From: an uncultured cyanobacterium
GTDB lineage: Bacteria > Cyanobacteriota > Cyanobacteriia > Cyanobacteriales > Nostocaceae
Assembly (NCBI GenBank): GCA_963706595.1
Contig: OY970166.1
Span: forward strand, 1,280,001 to 1,344,000
DNA: 64,000 nucleotides
Direction: 5' to 3'
Of this stretch, positions 29,601 through 39,378 are shown piece after piece. The notes below the pieces were generated by a model. The model saw only the letters and a list, made by a program, of their open reading frames with translations. It had not been told where the DNA came from and searched no databases. The position numbers and the translations under genes were made by a program. Position 1 is the first letter of the stretch. Each line of letters starts with the position of its first letter.

Positions 29601-30542
29601 CTTGTCCTCGAACCCCGGAATTCGGAATGGGCTTGTGCGAGTTGGTATATTGGTGAAACTGGTCAGCAAACATTAGCAAATAATGGTATTTCTGAATTAG
29701 CACTGCGGCTGTATGATGCCACAGATTTAGACTTGAGTTATCAGACTCCAGAGTTTGTCCAGCAATATGAACTAGAGTCAGAAATAGCACAAAAATATAT
29801 CGCCATTCCCCGAAGCGATCGCGATTATATTACCGAAATTGGGTATGTTACAGAAGGCGATCGCTGGGTAACAATTGCTCGTTCTGCCAGAATTCGCGTC
29901 TTTGGTATCCCTTTGACAGATACCACAGAGGAACATTTACCAACAGCAGAGACCACATTAGTAGATTTACCCCAGACAAATAATCAGAGTAGTCTTCTCC
30001 TGAAGTCCCGGACTCCCAAGTGGGCTTATGCACGTTGGTATATTTCCCCAACTCATAAACAAACACTGCAAGACCACAACATCTCTAAATTATATTTGCG
30101 GCTGTATAATGTCACAGATTTGGATTTGAGTTATCAGACTCCCCAGCTTGTGCAGCAGTATGAATGCGACGATATCATTTGCGATCGCTATGTGGCAATT
30201 TCCGCAACAGACCAGGATTATATGACCGAAATAGGTTATTTTACTCAAGGCGATCGCTGGGAAATCATCGCCCGTTCCGAAAGGATTCGTGTCTTCAGTC
30301 GTCCTCAAGCAGATTTTTGGTTTGTCGCCGATGCCGAATTAATTATCCACGGATCAACAGAACCAGGTGCAACAGTAAATATTGCTGGTAAACCCATCAC
30401 ACTCAAATCAGATGGGACTTTCCACCTGCGGATTCCTTTCTCCGATAATTCAATTAACTATCTGATGACAGCAATTGCTGCTAATGGGGAACACAGTACA
30501 ACTATCCGTAAAAAGTTCTCTCAAGAAAATTCAGAAGGCTAG
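26613..30542 (+). CDS. PstS-like substrate-binding domain + TM + acidic linker + five DUF4912 domains
   Basis: Signal peptide, RIDGSMS..IFRGNITNWSELG..RFIDRPDTSDTR; TM at about aa 333-350; five LxPRxxxWAY..LRLYDVT repeats. Confidence 0.85.
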   Translation: MWQQEKKDSAIVSLALLLSLATTPMAVPLFVPTSVLAQSATDAESFLLPETAADGTTVRIDGSMSLAAINQSLKQLFEQEFSGRNVEVAANGAGVAISALIDGKIDLVAIARGLTPEEKAQGLAQVPFYRENIAIIVSTDNPFQGGLTDQQFADIFRGNITNWSELGAPAGNIRFIDRPDTSDTRNTFRTYPGFKGAEFATGSNATQINEDNTAKIVEQLGRDGISYAMAHHVSQLPNVRVIPLNESLPDNPNYLYSQPLVYVYRPNPNANVASFLSFILASPEQQTIAAARATAADAIAQGQASVSLNARNVSDEQQSPETRFSPDQVQPWWFLLPTAVLVCLLIWIFRSRLWATDAKNNTQDPHPNAAAENNMDTNNTDVSWSGDEFLAAAPDNDAALAEATTAIGSVVSGGKVDHPESLETNNSSNNPEASFFDDQESPWDIEAPAAVVNTPYPQLPDVPKVTSEESQVGENWEITDSCAEISAQTQVKPDLIDDDIISDEITDLAGDLATEANTWEQGLDTFDTIDSSDFDETILSASDEKTSEQVTNLQPTLPSITEEDDIFNLVADAAEPRDYEIDSNLSEEIDIFADSATFVGTGMGASVGSGGNSESEGQMPNNSSINPWLDLDGEQSIVLKPRNAQWAYATWYISEICQQALANNHISRLYLRLYNVTDLDLSYQTPELVQQYELESGMELYIAIPQSSNDYIAEIGYVAEGDRWVTITRSERVRVFDTPVQDPTDDSVLNLDGEQSLVLKPRNSEWAYATWYIGETNQQALANHGISELFLRLYDVTGLDLSYQTPEFVKQYELKSGIELYIAIPQSSNDYIAEIGYVAAGDRWVTITRSERVRVFDTPVQDPTDDSVLNLDGEQSLVLKPRNPEWAYASWYIGETNQQALEKNGISQLYLRLYDVTGLDLSYQTPEFVEQYELTSGIELYIAIPQSDRDYIAEIGYVTEGDRWVTITRSARVRVFDTPLPETTENPVLNLDGEQRLVLEPRNSEWACASWYIGETGQQTLANNGISELALRLYDATDLDLSYQTPEFVQQYELESEIAQKYIAIPRSDRDYITEIGYVTEGDRWVTIARSARIRVFGIPLTDTTEEHLPTAETTLVDLPQTNNQSSLLLKSRTPKWAYARWYISPTHKQTLQDHNISKLYLRLYNVTDLDLSYQTPQLVQQYECDDIICDRYVAISATDQDYMTEIGYFTQGDRWEIIARSERIRVFSRPQADFWFVADAELIIHGSTEPGATVNIAGKPITLKSDGTFHLRIPFSDNSINYLMTAIAANGEHSTTIRKKFSQENSEG
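28498..29910 (+). repeat. Four 360-bp intragenic tandem repeats (DUF4912 units)
   Basis: Unit starts recur at 28501, 28861, 29221 and 29581; a fifth divergent unit follows. Confidence 0.9.
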
Positions 30543-30544
30543 AG

Positions 30545-30735
30545 AAGAAGCAGGGGGGCAGAGTGCAGGGTGCAGGGGGGAGTTAAGAGGCAGGGGAGCA
30601 GGGAGCAAGGGGGAGTTAGAAATTATTTTAAACTTCCGGTTACTTAACAACCATTCTTCTTCTCCCCTGCCCCCTGCCCCCTGCACCCGTTCCTCTTCTC
30701 CCCACTCCCCACTCCCCACTCCCTACTCCCTACTA
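30545..30735. repeat. Dispersed STRR-armed element with core GAGTTAGAAATTATTTTAAACTTCCGGTTACTTAACAACCATTC
   Basis: Homologous copies at about 42716, 43931 (inverted) and 46085. Confidence 0.8.
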
Positions 30736-31230
30736 TTAAGCAGGTTCAAAATTCATCGACACACCGTTCATACAGTAGCGCTTACCAGTGGGCGCAGGTC
30801 CATCATTAAACACATGGCCTAGATGTCCACCACAGTTGCTACAATGCACTTCGGTTCTAGTCATGAAAAATGACCGATCTACAGTCACAGCGATCGCGCC
30901 TTCAATTGGTTGAAAAAAGCTCGGCCAGCCAGTACCACTGTTAAACTTAGTGTCAGATGTAAACAGTGGTTGTCCACAGCCAGCACAGACAAAAGTCCCC
31001 TGATCATATTCCTTATCCAGTGGACTGGTGAAGGCGGGTTCAGTACCATGTTTTCTTAAGACGCGAAACTGTTCCGGCGTTAAAATTGTCCGCCACTCTT
31101 CTTCAGGTTTAGTAATTGCAAATTGGCTTTTAGAAGTTGTCATGTTCTCCGAACCCCGGTTAATATTGCTTGCTAAGAATGTTGTGCCGATTACTGCACC
31201 CACATTTAAAAAATAGCGTCTGTTCATCAT
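30736..31230 (-). CDS. msrB: Peptide methionine sulfoxide reductase B with a Tat-like signal
   Basis: [35 protein letters not shown]-terminal NRRYFL. Confidence 0.95.
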   Translation of the reverse strand: MMNRRYFLNVGAVIGTTFLASNINRGSENMTTSKSQFAITKPEEEWRTILTPEQFRVLRKHGTEPAFTSPLDKEYDQGTFVCAGCGQPLFTSDTKFNSGTGWPSFFQPIEGAIAVTVDRSFFMTRTEVHCSNCGGHLGHVFNDGPAPTGKRYCMNGVSMNFEPA

Positions 31231-31481
31231 CTATATTTTATCGCGTCGCGCTCAGGACACTCCTGTTATGAAGGTAACGGCAGCACCCCAAATGTGCAAC
31301 TTCAAAAAAAGTTTTTGGGTTTGGGTCAGTTCTTCAGGGCGTTATATCGTGTTCGGTGAAAGACTTATCATTAAGGCCGCAGGGGAGCAGGGAGCAGGGA
31401 GCAGGGGGAAAGAGGATTTTACGTTTTTTGCACAGAGGTGGGAATTAGAACTAATTAAGCGAACATGATGTTAATCATCCA

Positions 31482-34400
31482 TTAGCCACCAAAACACAGT
31501 TCATAGTCTTCTGTGGTAATATCAGGGCTGGTTTTGAGATAATCCCCCAGGCGATCGCAAGCATGGTTCAGCAGCTGATCCAAGTTTAATGTTTGCAGTT
31601 CGATCTCCTCTAGGTTCCACAGTTTAATAGTGGCATCGTGACCCCCAGAAACTAGCATTTTACCGTCAGGACTGAAACTAACGCTTTTGACACCGCCATT
31701 ATGCCCAGAAAAGGTTTTCAGCAAAATCCCACTGCTAATATTCCAGAGTTTAATGGTATCATCCTCACTAGCCGAAGCGATCATTTTACCGTCCGGCGAG
31801 AAGCTAAGATTAGTCACCAAATCACTATGTCCCTGGAAAGTATGCAGCAGTGAACCATCTAAACCCCAGAGTTTCACAGTTTTGTCCTGACTCGCCGAAG
31901 CAATAGTTTGACCATCGGGAGCAAAATTAATATTCCAGACACTAGCACTGTGTCCTGAGAAAGTTTTCAGCAGCCGACCATCTCGGTTCCAGAATTTGAT
32001 AGTTTTGTCCGCACTAGCCGAGGCGATAGTTTTACCATCCGGGCTAAACTTGATGTTAGTCACCCAACCGTTATGACCTGAAAGAGTTTTCAACAAACGC
32101 CCGTTTCGACTCCAGAGTTTGATAGTTTTGTCCGCACTAGCAGAAGCCAGAACTTGATCATCAGGGCTGAAACTCAGACTCGTAACCCAATCCTTGTGTC
32201 CTTTGAGAGTATGCAGCAAAGTCCCATCTCGTTGACGAATCTGAATACCCTCCTTTGCACTTGCCAAAGCAACTGTATTTCCATCATGGGTAAAACCAAT
32301 ACTGGTAACATCTTCCATGGGGGAAGGCAAAGTTTCGAGTAACTGACCATTCAAATTCCAGAGTTTCATGGTTTTGTCTGAACTCAAAGAGGCAATAGTA
32401 CCACCATCAGCCGTGAAGCTAACATCATTAACACTACCTTGATGTCCGTAAAAACTCTTGGGTAAATTTCTTTCTAGTTGCCATAATCGGATAGTATTGT
32501 CATCACTAGCCGAGGCGAGTCTATTGCTATCAGGGCTAAAACTCAGACTATTAACCTCATGGCTATGTCCTTGCAAAGTACCTAACAAATTACCTGCACG
32601 AGTCCAAAGTTTGATCGTTTTATCAGCACTGGCTGAAGCAATTATCTGACCATCTGGAGAAAACTTGACTTGCCAAACACCACCAATATGCCCTTCGATA
32701 GTTCTGAGCAAATTACCGTCACGACTCCAGAGTTTAATGCTATGGTCAGCACTAGCTGAAGCAATTGTCTGTCCATCAGGGCTAAAACTGACATCCAAAA
32801 TTTCTCTCGTACTGGCTGGCAAAGTGGATAACAAACGACCGTCCAAACTCCAAAGTTTCACTGTGCCATCATCACTAGCCGAGGCAATGGTATCACCTTC
32901 TGGTGAGAACTTGACACTATTTACACTGCGGCTATGCCCAATGAAATTTGCCAGTAACTGGCCATCCCGATTCCATAGTTTAACTGAATTGTCACTACTA
33001 GCAGAAGCCAATATTTGACCATTTGGCGAGAAACTGACGCTATTCACACCATGAAGATGTCCGGTGAAGGTTGTGAGTAACTTACCATCACGACTCCACA
33101 ATTTAATGGTATTGTCACTACTAGCAGAAGCCAATATTGAATCAGTTGGTGAGAAACTCACACTATTGACACTATCTTGATGATCTGTGAGACTTGCCAG
33201 TAAGCTACCATCACGATTCCAAAGTTGGATACTGTTATCCGCATAACCCGAAGCTAAAATTTGACCATCCGGTGAAAAACTGATGCTCGTTACCCAAGAA
33301 TTATGAGTTAAACGGTTACGTTCTTGAGTTCCATAAACTGCCTGTTGGAGGATAGTTGCAGTTTGAGATTGGATATTGCTAGGGAGTCCCGGAGTAATTT
33401 CTTGTACTTCCCTCCCGGCTTTGAGACTAGTTAATAATGCTTCTAACTGCTGATTGGAGAAGAGAAAGTTTTCTGATAAGGAATTTAAAGCTTGGATCTC
33501 TCGCAACTGGGCTTTTTGAGTTTGTTGATAAGCTAAAACAGCTAAACCAAAAGCAGTAAGTCCCAGAATACTCATAATTCCCACAGTTCTTTGCGCTTTT
33601 CTGAGTCTATTTTGTTCTGTTTGTTGTTGGCGTTGTCTTTGAATTAAACAAGCTTGAATAAAACGTTGGACATCAGAAGATACTTCGTCAGTGTAATTAA
33701 TATAAATTTCTTCAGCTTCTGCGAGGCGAACACCTTGCAAGAGAAAATCTGGTTGTTCATTGCTATGAATCCACAAAGCTGCTGATTGGGCAATTTGACG
33801 ATGCGATCGCAACCTCGCCCGATTTTCCTCCAACCACCAGCGCAAAGTAGACCAATAGCGAATCAGAACCTCGTGAGCTACTTCTATAGTTACAGGCGAA
33901 AATGAGACCGATGGGAAAGAAGATTGTGTTACCAGCCCAACATCTTCCCCTCTGCTCCCTGCTCCCTGCTCCCCTGCCTTTTTTCCCACATCTTCCCCTC
34001 TGCTCCCTGCTCCCTGCTCCCCTGCCTTTTTTCCCACATCTTCCCCTCTGCTCCCTGCTCCCTGCTCCCCTGCCTTTTTTCCCACCGCCTCCGCATCTTC
34101 TTCTAAATTCACCACCACCAACTTGGCAGCAATTAACACTTGTAATGTTCTTTCTACCAAAGCCACCGGATATTTTTTGACAATTAACTCCGATTTGAGT
34201 ACCCTTCGCCGAGTATCTTCTGTACCCTCACCCAACTGAGTCAGCGACAGAAAAATCCACCGGGCGCACTCTTGAGCTTCTGGATCTAAACCGTTGTAAA
34301 CTGTTTGGGCTTTACTTTCCAGCGCTCCTTTAATACCGCCCAAATGCTGTTGGTAGGCTTGTAAAGTAATTGCCCCATTTTCGCGATATTCCCACAACTG

Positions 34401-36755
34401 TTCCAGAACAAATTCTAATAGCGGTAACTCTCCAGGAGATTGGTGTAACTCTTGCAGCAGAACTTCTACCAATTCCGCCTCTACAGTTAAACCAACTTTT
34501 TCAGCCGGGTTAATAATCATCCGGCGATACTCTTCTTCAGTCAAGCAGGGAGGTAACAGCAGACTCGACTGCTGCAACAACTTCACCAATTTTGGTACTT
34601 CTAAACAAGGAGCGATAAAATCTGCCCGCAAAGTAATGATTAATTTAAACTTTTCTGGTATATATTCCAGCGCCCCTAAAACAACTTCTAAAAAACGCTG
34701 TCTATCCTCACTAGGTGCGATGGTAAATAATTCTTCAAACTGATCTACCACCAAAACTACCATTGCTTCTGGACGATTACGCACCCAATGAGCAAACCCT
34801 TCTACCCCCTGGTACAACATCCCTTCTAACTGCAATTGCTGGTAAGCTTTTTCTTTTTCAGTCCCGCTATCTACTAAGCGGCGTGATAAAGCTTGTAAAG
34901 GATTTACACCAGGGCGAAAACTTCTCATCCACCAGTCTTCGCTCCCTAGCAAGAGTTTTCCCCTTCGCAGTTGAGCAATTAATCCCGCCTGTACCACAGA
35001 AGACTTACCGCTACCAGAAGCCCCCACAACCGCAATAAATGACCTTTGTTCTAAGTCACTAATTAGTTGCTGAACAACAACTTCTCTGCCGTAAAAATAC
35101 TGAGCATCTTCTTCCCCAAAAGCCCGCAATCCCCGGTAAGGACAAAGCCCTAAATCAATAGCTGCTGTTGACTCAATGCCTCTATATCCAGAATTAGCGG
35201 GTATAACTTCAATTACGCCTTGTGTCCCAGATAGCCAGATATGCAGAGGCAATTCATGGTTACAGGATAATTGCAATTGGGTAATCCAAGCGGCTGCTGA
35301 TAGGCTACCTAGCGGCTGGGCTGCTTGTAAGGTAGAGTGTAACGCTTGAGCAAATTGTTCGGGATGACTTTTCGGTGCAGCCGCAGCAATTATACATTGC
35401 CCTTGCTCAAATCCTAGTTGCAAATCTTCTACCCAATCTTGTAGAACTGCATAGCCATTTGCCACCGGGCAGTCTAAAATAATGATTTGTTGGGCATAAG
35501 TTGAACGCCTGAGCTGTTGCCTTAACCAGGAACGACTGAGGCGAATATTTTCTGCTAAAACTAAAGCAGGTTCCCCAGATTCAGTTTCCTCAAGTCGTCC
35601 ACGTAAATATAACAGGACTGTGGCAAAAATTTTGGGATGGTTTGGCGGTGCTGATTCTGTAGTTTGTAAACAAGTTTGAATAGTCGAGTGTAAATCCTGA
35701 GTGGTAACTTCTAGCGATTGCGGCCAATACTCTAACTCAAAACCACCCACACCCCGCAATAATTTACTCACAGCCAAGGTAGTCTGATTAGTCGCCAGCC
35801 CCTCTAATATCAATGCTTGTCTGGAAGAAGACGATTCTACAAGGGCTGGTTTTAATCCCAGAATCACTTCCCCCACTCCTTCGACAATCCGCTTGGGTGT
35901 TTGCTGCGGATATTCTGAATAAAGATTGGTGTCGCCTCTACTTTTATTCTGCTGATTAATCAGTCGTAATTGCTGATTAGTTTGCTCAATGTATTGGCGC
36001 GTTTGATGATAAACATATCTGTAAAGTCCATCAGCATCAATCAAACCCTGGGAATCAGCCGCTTCACCACGCAAACCCCGCATTAAGTAATAAGTAAATA
36101 CGCCATGTCCCAATTCGGGGAATTCCCAAGATTGTTGATTAGTATCACAGGAAAGCAAAGCATAGAATCCTTTACTCTGTTTTGCCCGTTGGCGTAACAA
36201 TTCCACCATCTGAAATGTCGGGTTAGGCAAAGATGGTGTAGTGATCTCACTTCTAGCACCTCGGAATGTCAAGCTACCACTATGACAAGCATCCAGCCAC
36301 ACCAACTGAGTCTGCGCCTGACTATTTCCCAACACCTGCAACATTTCCTGTAAACCTAAACCAGTGTTGAGTAAGTCGTCTGTTTGAGTATCTGCTAGAC
36401 ACAAAAATGCTTGTTGAGAATTTGACTCTAGCATCCCATGTCCAGAGAAATAAAATAAAATCGTATCCTGTGGTTGAGCCGCCGCCGTAATTTCGTGTAA
36501 GCTGGCACGGACTGTGGAGAGAGTCGGTTGCCCAGAAGCTAAATCATGGTGAACTCTCTGTTTAGTTTGGGGAAATCCTTGAGTTGCGTCGGCTAAAGCT
36601 GCTGCCAAACCTTGACAATCCACAGCCGAGTAGCGTAGTGAGGGCAGTCTCTTGTCTTGGTATTGGTTAACACCCACCAACAACAGCCAAAATTGTGCCT
36701 CTCCTAGTTCTAGGACGTGGGTTAAATGACTGGTTGCTATACCGAGTGGAGACAT
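31482..36755 (-). CDS. Caspase (C14) - STAND NTPase (nSTAND1-like) - TM - WD40 repeat protein
   Basis: YFSGHG and LDACHSG dyad; CPYRGL, GASGSGKSS, DQFEELF, EVAHEVLI; about 14 WD40 repeats. Confidence 0.92.
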   Translation of the reverse strand: MSPLGIATSHLTHVLELGEAQFWLLLVGVNQYQDKRLPSLRYSAVDCQGLAAALADATQGFPQTKQRVHHDLASGQPTLSTVRASLHEITAAAQPQDTILFYFSGHGMLESNSQQAFLCLADTQTDDLLNTGLGLQEMLQVLGNSQAQTQLVWLDACHSGSLTFRGARSEITTPSLPNPTFQMVELLRQRAKQSKGFYALLSCDTNQQSWEFPELGHGVFTYYLMRGLRGEAADSQGLIDADGLYRYVYHQTRQYIEQTNQQLRLINQQNKSRGDTNLYSEYPQQTPKRIVEGVGEVILGLKPALVESSSSRQALILEGLATNQTTLAVSKLLRGVGGFELEYWPQSLEVTTQDLHSTIQTCLQTTESAPPNHPKIFATVLLYLRGRLEETESGEPALVLAENIRLSRSWLRQQLRRSTYAQQIIILDCPVANGYAVLQDWVEDLQLGFEQGQCIIAAAAPKSHPEQFAQALHSTLQAAQPLGSLSAAAWITQLQLSCNHELPLHIWLSGTQGVIEVIPANSGYRGIESTAAIDLGLCPYRGLRAFGEEDAQYFYGREVVVQQLISDLEQRSFIAVVGASGSGKSSVVQAGLIAQLRRGKLLLGSEDWWMRSFRPGVNPLQALSRRLVDSGTEKEKAYQQLQLEGMLYQGVEGFAHWVRNRPEAMVVLVVDQFEELFTIAPSEDRQRFLEVVLGALEYIPEKFKLIITLRADFIAPCLEVPKLVKLLQQSSLLLPPCLTEEEYRRMIINPAEKVGLTVEAELVEVLLQELHQSPGELPLLEFVLEQLWEYRENGAITLQAYQQHLGGIKGALESKAQTVYNGLDPEAQECARWIFLSLTQLGEGTEDTRRRVLKSELIVKKYPVALVERTLQVLIAAKLVVVNLEEDAEAVGKKAGEQGAGSRGEDVGKKAGEQGAGSRGEDVGKKAGEQGAGSRGEDVGLVTQSSFPSVSFSPVTIEVAHEVLIRYWSTLRWWLEENRARLRSHRQIAQSAALWIHSNEQPDFLLQGVRLAEAEEIYINYTDEVSSDVQRFIQACLIQRQRQQQTEQNRLRKAQRTVGIMSILGLTAFGLAVLAYQQTQKAQLREIQALNSLSENFLFSNQQLEALLTSLKAGREVQEITPGLPSNIQSQTATILQQAVYGTQERNRLTHNSWVTSISFSPDGQILASGYADNSIQLWNRDGSLLASLTDHQDSVNSVSFSPTDSILASASSDNTIKLWSRDGKLLTTFTGHLHGVNSVSFSPNGQILASASSDNSVKLWNRDGQLLANFIGHSRSVNSVKFSPEGDTIASASDDGTVKLWSLDGRLLSTLPASTREILDVSFSPDGQTIASASADHSIKLWSRDGNLLRTIEGHIGGVWQVKFSPDGQIIASASADKTIKLWTRAGNLLGTLQGHSHEVNSLSFSPDSNRLASASDDNTIRLWQLERNLPKSFYGHQGSVNDVSFTADGGTIASLSSDKTMKLWNLNGQLLETLPSPMEDVTSIGFTHDGNTVALASAKEGIQIRQRDGTLLHTLKGHKDWVTSLSFSPDDQVLASASADKTIKLWSRNGRLLKTLSGHNGWVTNIKFSPDGKTIASASADKTIKFWNRDGRLLKTFSGHSASVWNINFAPDGQTIASASQDKTVKLWGLDGSLLHTFQGHSDLVTNLSFSPDGKMIASASEDDTIKLWNISSGILLKTFSGHNGGVKSVSFSPDGKMLVSGGHDATIKLWNLEEIELQTLNLDQLLNHACDRLGDYLKTSPDITTEDYELCFGG

Positions 36756-36796
36756 TTTAAAGTTGATGGGTAATTAGTAAGTTAAATCTAGATAAA

Positions 36797-37297
36797 TTAA
36801 GATTTGCGGCACTGTAATCCAAAGGGGATGCCGTTCCAACTAGTATAACCACTAGCAATGTTACGATTCATGGTGTGCATGATTAGCAACCAGTTGTCTG
36901 TATTTTTATACCGCAAGGGCAATATATGGTCTCGCCGTGAAGACTGGGGATCGCCAGCAGCAAAGGCTCTCTGTTCAATCGATACCCACGCACCGCCATT
37001 ATCGCTGACACGTCCAGCAATTCTTGTGTCGGCAGTTGTCGTACATACACCATTTTTACATACTCTGGTATCTGCTAAATTAAGTTCTAACACAGCTTGA
37101 CGACCATCTAAATTGCAATTCCATTTTCCCGCCCAGTCAGGGAGAATTACATCCGTGGGGTTGCGCCGTCCGTAGGTGGTGGCGTTAACACCTTGCACTA
37201 AAATTACAGAACCAGCAGTTATTCCTAAAAGCACACTTGTCAGTATTTTATTTATTTTCATACTTATGGCGTAATCATGAAAGTTTTTTGGGATCAT
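36797..37297 (-). CDS. Small secreted Cys-containing protein (DUF6006-like)
   Basis: Signal peptide; WNCNLDGR, SDNGGAWV, GYTSWNG..LQC pattern recalled for DUF6006. Confidence 0.65.
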   Translation of the reverse strand: MIPKNFHDYAISMKINKILTSVLLGITAGSVILVQGVNATTYGRRNPTDVILPDWAGKWNCNLDGRQAVLELNLADTRVCKNGVCTTTADTRIAGRVSDNGGAWVSIEQRAFAAGDPQSSRRDHILPLRYKNTDNWLLIMHTMNRNIASGYTSWNGIPFGLQCRKS

Positions 37298-37911
37298 TTT
37301 CTGTATAGGTTTGTTGATATTAATTTATGCAGTTTTGTGCTTAGAAAAACTCGTAATATTTATATTTTTATACATTAATTGCGTAAAAATCACAAGATAA
37401 TATTACTTGTATAAACGAATCAATAAAAAAACACGCCAATTTGGCGAGATTTATCGAATTATCTTTGTTAAAGTATTGATTGTAAAAGACTTGTGGGCTT
37501 AGTAGTCCAAGGTTTACTACACTTCAAGAGCATCGACTGCGGTACTAATTCCAATAGTTCTGTTTTTTATGCTCTATGAATTGAAGATTGCTGCTAGATT
37601 TTCTGTAGTGATCTCAACCAATCCCTTCTTCTCGCAAAAGGGACAAGTAGAATCATAAGTCCTTGTTGATTTACTCCTATCCTTACCTCGTTCAACCATG
37701 ATATGAACGGGGTATTTTTCATGGTTTCTCTAACAACAATTTACGTCTAATCAACTCTAATCAACAGTTTGTAGTAGGGACTTCAGTCCCTCCAGCCATG
37801 ACTAAAATCCTGACGAAGAGCAACTATTTTTTACCCATATCGTTTGCTCTGTGTCTAGTAGGTTTGGGATTTCTATCTATTAGTGTAGGATAAAGTTGGA
37901 AAAGATAAATT

Positions 37912-38781
37912 TTAGTTTTTTGGCAAGTTTGAGTAACTTTCACACAGTGCGATCGCATGATGGCGAATATGGTCTTCAATAAAACTAGCGATAAAATAAT
38001 AACTGTGGTCGTAGCCTGATTGATAACGTAAATTAAGCGGCTGATTCACAGAATTACAAGCTTGTTCAAATACCTCTGGGAATAATTGTGCAGCTAAAAA
38101 TTTATCCGCAGTTCCTTGATCAATCAAAATGGAACTGTGATATCCTAGTTTCTGCACTAATTCACTAGCATCATAATTGCGCCACGCTTCTTGATTATCA
38201 CCTAGATAACCACTGAATGCCTTTTGACCCCAAGGACAACCCATTGGGGCAGCAATAGGTGCAAAAGCTGAGACTGATTTATATAGTTGCGGGTTTCGCA
38301 TGGCACATACTAGCGCCCCATGTCCGCCCATTGAATGACCAAAAATACCTTGTTTATCAGGTAGGATGGGGAAATTTGCGGCAATTATCCCAGGTAATTC
38401 TTGCACTATATAACTATACATTTGGTAATTTTGATGCCAAGGTTCCTCCGTAGCATCCACATAAAAGCCCGCACCTGTACCAAAATCCCATGCGTCATCT
38501 TCACCTGCAATACCAGTGTTGCGGGGGCTTGTATCTGGTGCGACTAATATCAAACCGGACTCAGATGCATAACGCTGCGCCCCAGCCTTAGCCATAAAAT
38601 TCTCTTCAGTACAAGTTAAGCCAGAAAGGAAATAGAGTCCGGGTACTGGCTGTTGAGTGGCTTGTGGTGGCTGATAGACGGCGAAGCGCATTTCACCGTA
38701 ACAGGTCGAGGAAACATGAGAATAAAAGCCAAGTTTGCCGCCAAAGCTTTGATATTCTGAGATCAAATTAAGATTGGTCAT
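37912..38781 (-). CDS. fghA: S-formylglutathione hydrolase
   Basis: LSGLTCTEENF, GHSMGGHGAL, GYDHSYYF motifs. Confidence 0.96.
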   Translation of the reverse strand: MTNLNLISEYQSFGGKLGFYSHVSSTCYGEMRFAVYQPPQATQQPVPGLYFLSGLTCTEENFMAKAGAQRYASESGLILVAPDTSPRNTGIAGEDDAWDFGTGAGFYVDATEEPWHQNYQMYSYIVQELPGIIAANFPILPDKQGIFGHSMGGHGALVCAMRNPQLYKSVSAFAPIAAPMGCPWGQKAFSGYLGDNQEAWRNYDASELVQKLGYHSSILIDQGTADKFLAAQLFPEVFEQACNSVNQPLNLRYQSGYDHSYYFIASFIEDHIRHHAIALCESYSNLPKN

Positions 38782-39274
38782 GAATTAAATCATCATTTGC
38801 AGCTTCAGACGGATAAAAGCGATCGCTCATAACTTCTGCCAAAGTATACAAACATTCCTGGGGAAAAGTCGAGAGTGGCAAGTTGGTTTCACCTGATGCT
38901 AAATCTTTAGCATTTTGATATGCTTCTGGGAGTGCTTCTTCGAGGTCAGCTTTCAAACGAGAATTTTCGCTGAGTAACTTCAGAATCTCCCGCCGTTGAA
39001 GTCGAATAGTTACCAACCAATTACGACTGCGTTTTGCTGACTCAAATTCCCACTTGAGTAAATGTCCAATTAATATGCTGAGGCGATTTCGTAATTCTCG
39101 GCGTTCTATTCTCCCCAAGGATTCAATTTCCTCGATTAAATTGGGTATATCAAGCTGGTTCCATTGCTGATGACGCAGTAACTGAGATTGTTGCTGTGTC
39201 CAAGCGTAAAAGTTTTTTTTATAGAGGTTGGCTTTCAGATTCAGTGCTGTTGCTTCTGTTTTTGGTGTCTGCAT
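38768..39274 (-). CDS. DUF29 family protein
   Basis: LY..FYAW..LDIPNLIEEIESLG..HLLKW..RSRNW..ETNL..FP pattern. Confidence 0.9.
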   Translation of the reverse strand: MQTPKTEATALNLKANLYKKNFYAWTQQQSQLLRHQQWNQLDIPNLIEEIESLGRIERRELRNRLSILIGHLLKWEFESAKRSRNWLVTIRLQRREILKLLSENSRLKADLEEALPEAYQNAKDLASGETNLPLSTFPQECLYTLAEVMSDRFYPSEAANDDLIHDQS

Positions 39275-39378
39275 TTTGTGAGTGCTGATTAATTTTTACC
39301 ATGCAGCAATTTTTTTGGTGAATATTCGCAATTTTAATCTGATTTGAGCAGCGATGTCTACGCCTAAACTATAGTATC

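Noticed and set aside
28498..29910. Possible DGR template/variable repeats
   Set aside because: The repeats are in-frame domain duplications, differences are not confined to adenines, and there is no reverse transcriptase in the window.
37480..37740. Broken minus-strand frame with CPFC (possible zinc-ribbon remnant)
   Set aside because: No recognisable family and interrupted by stops; it cannot be supported without a search.
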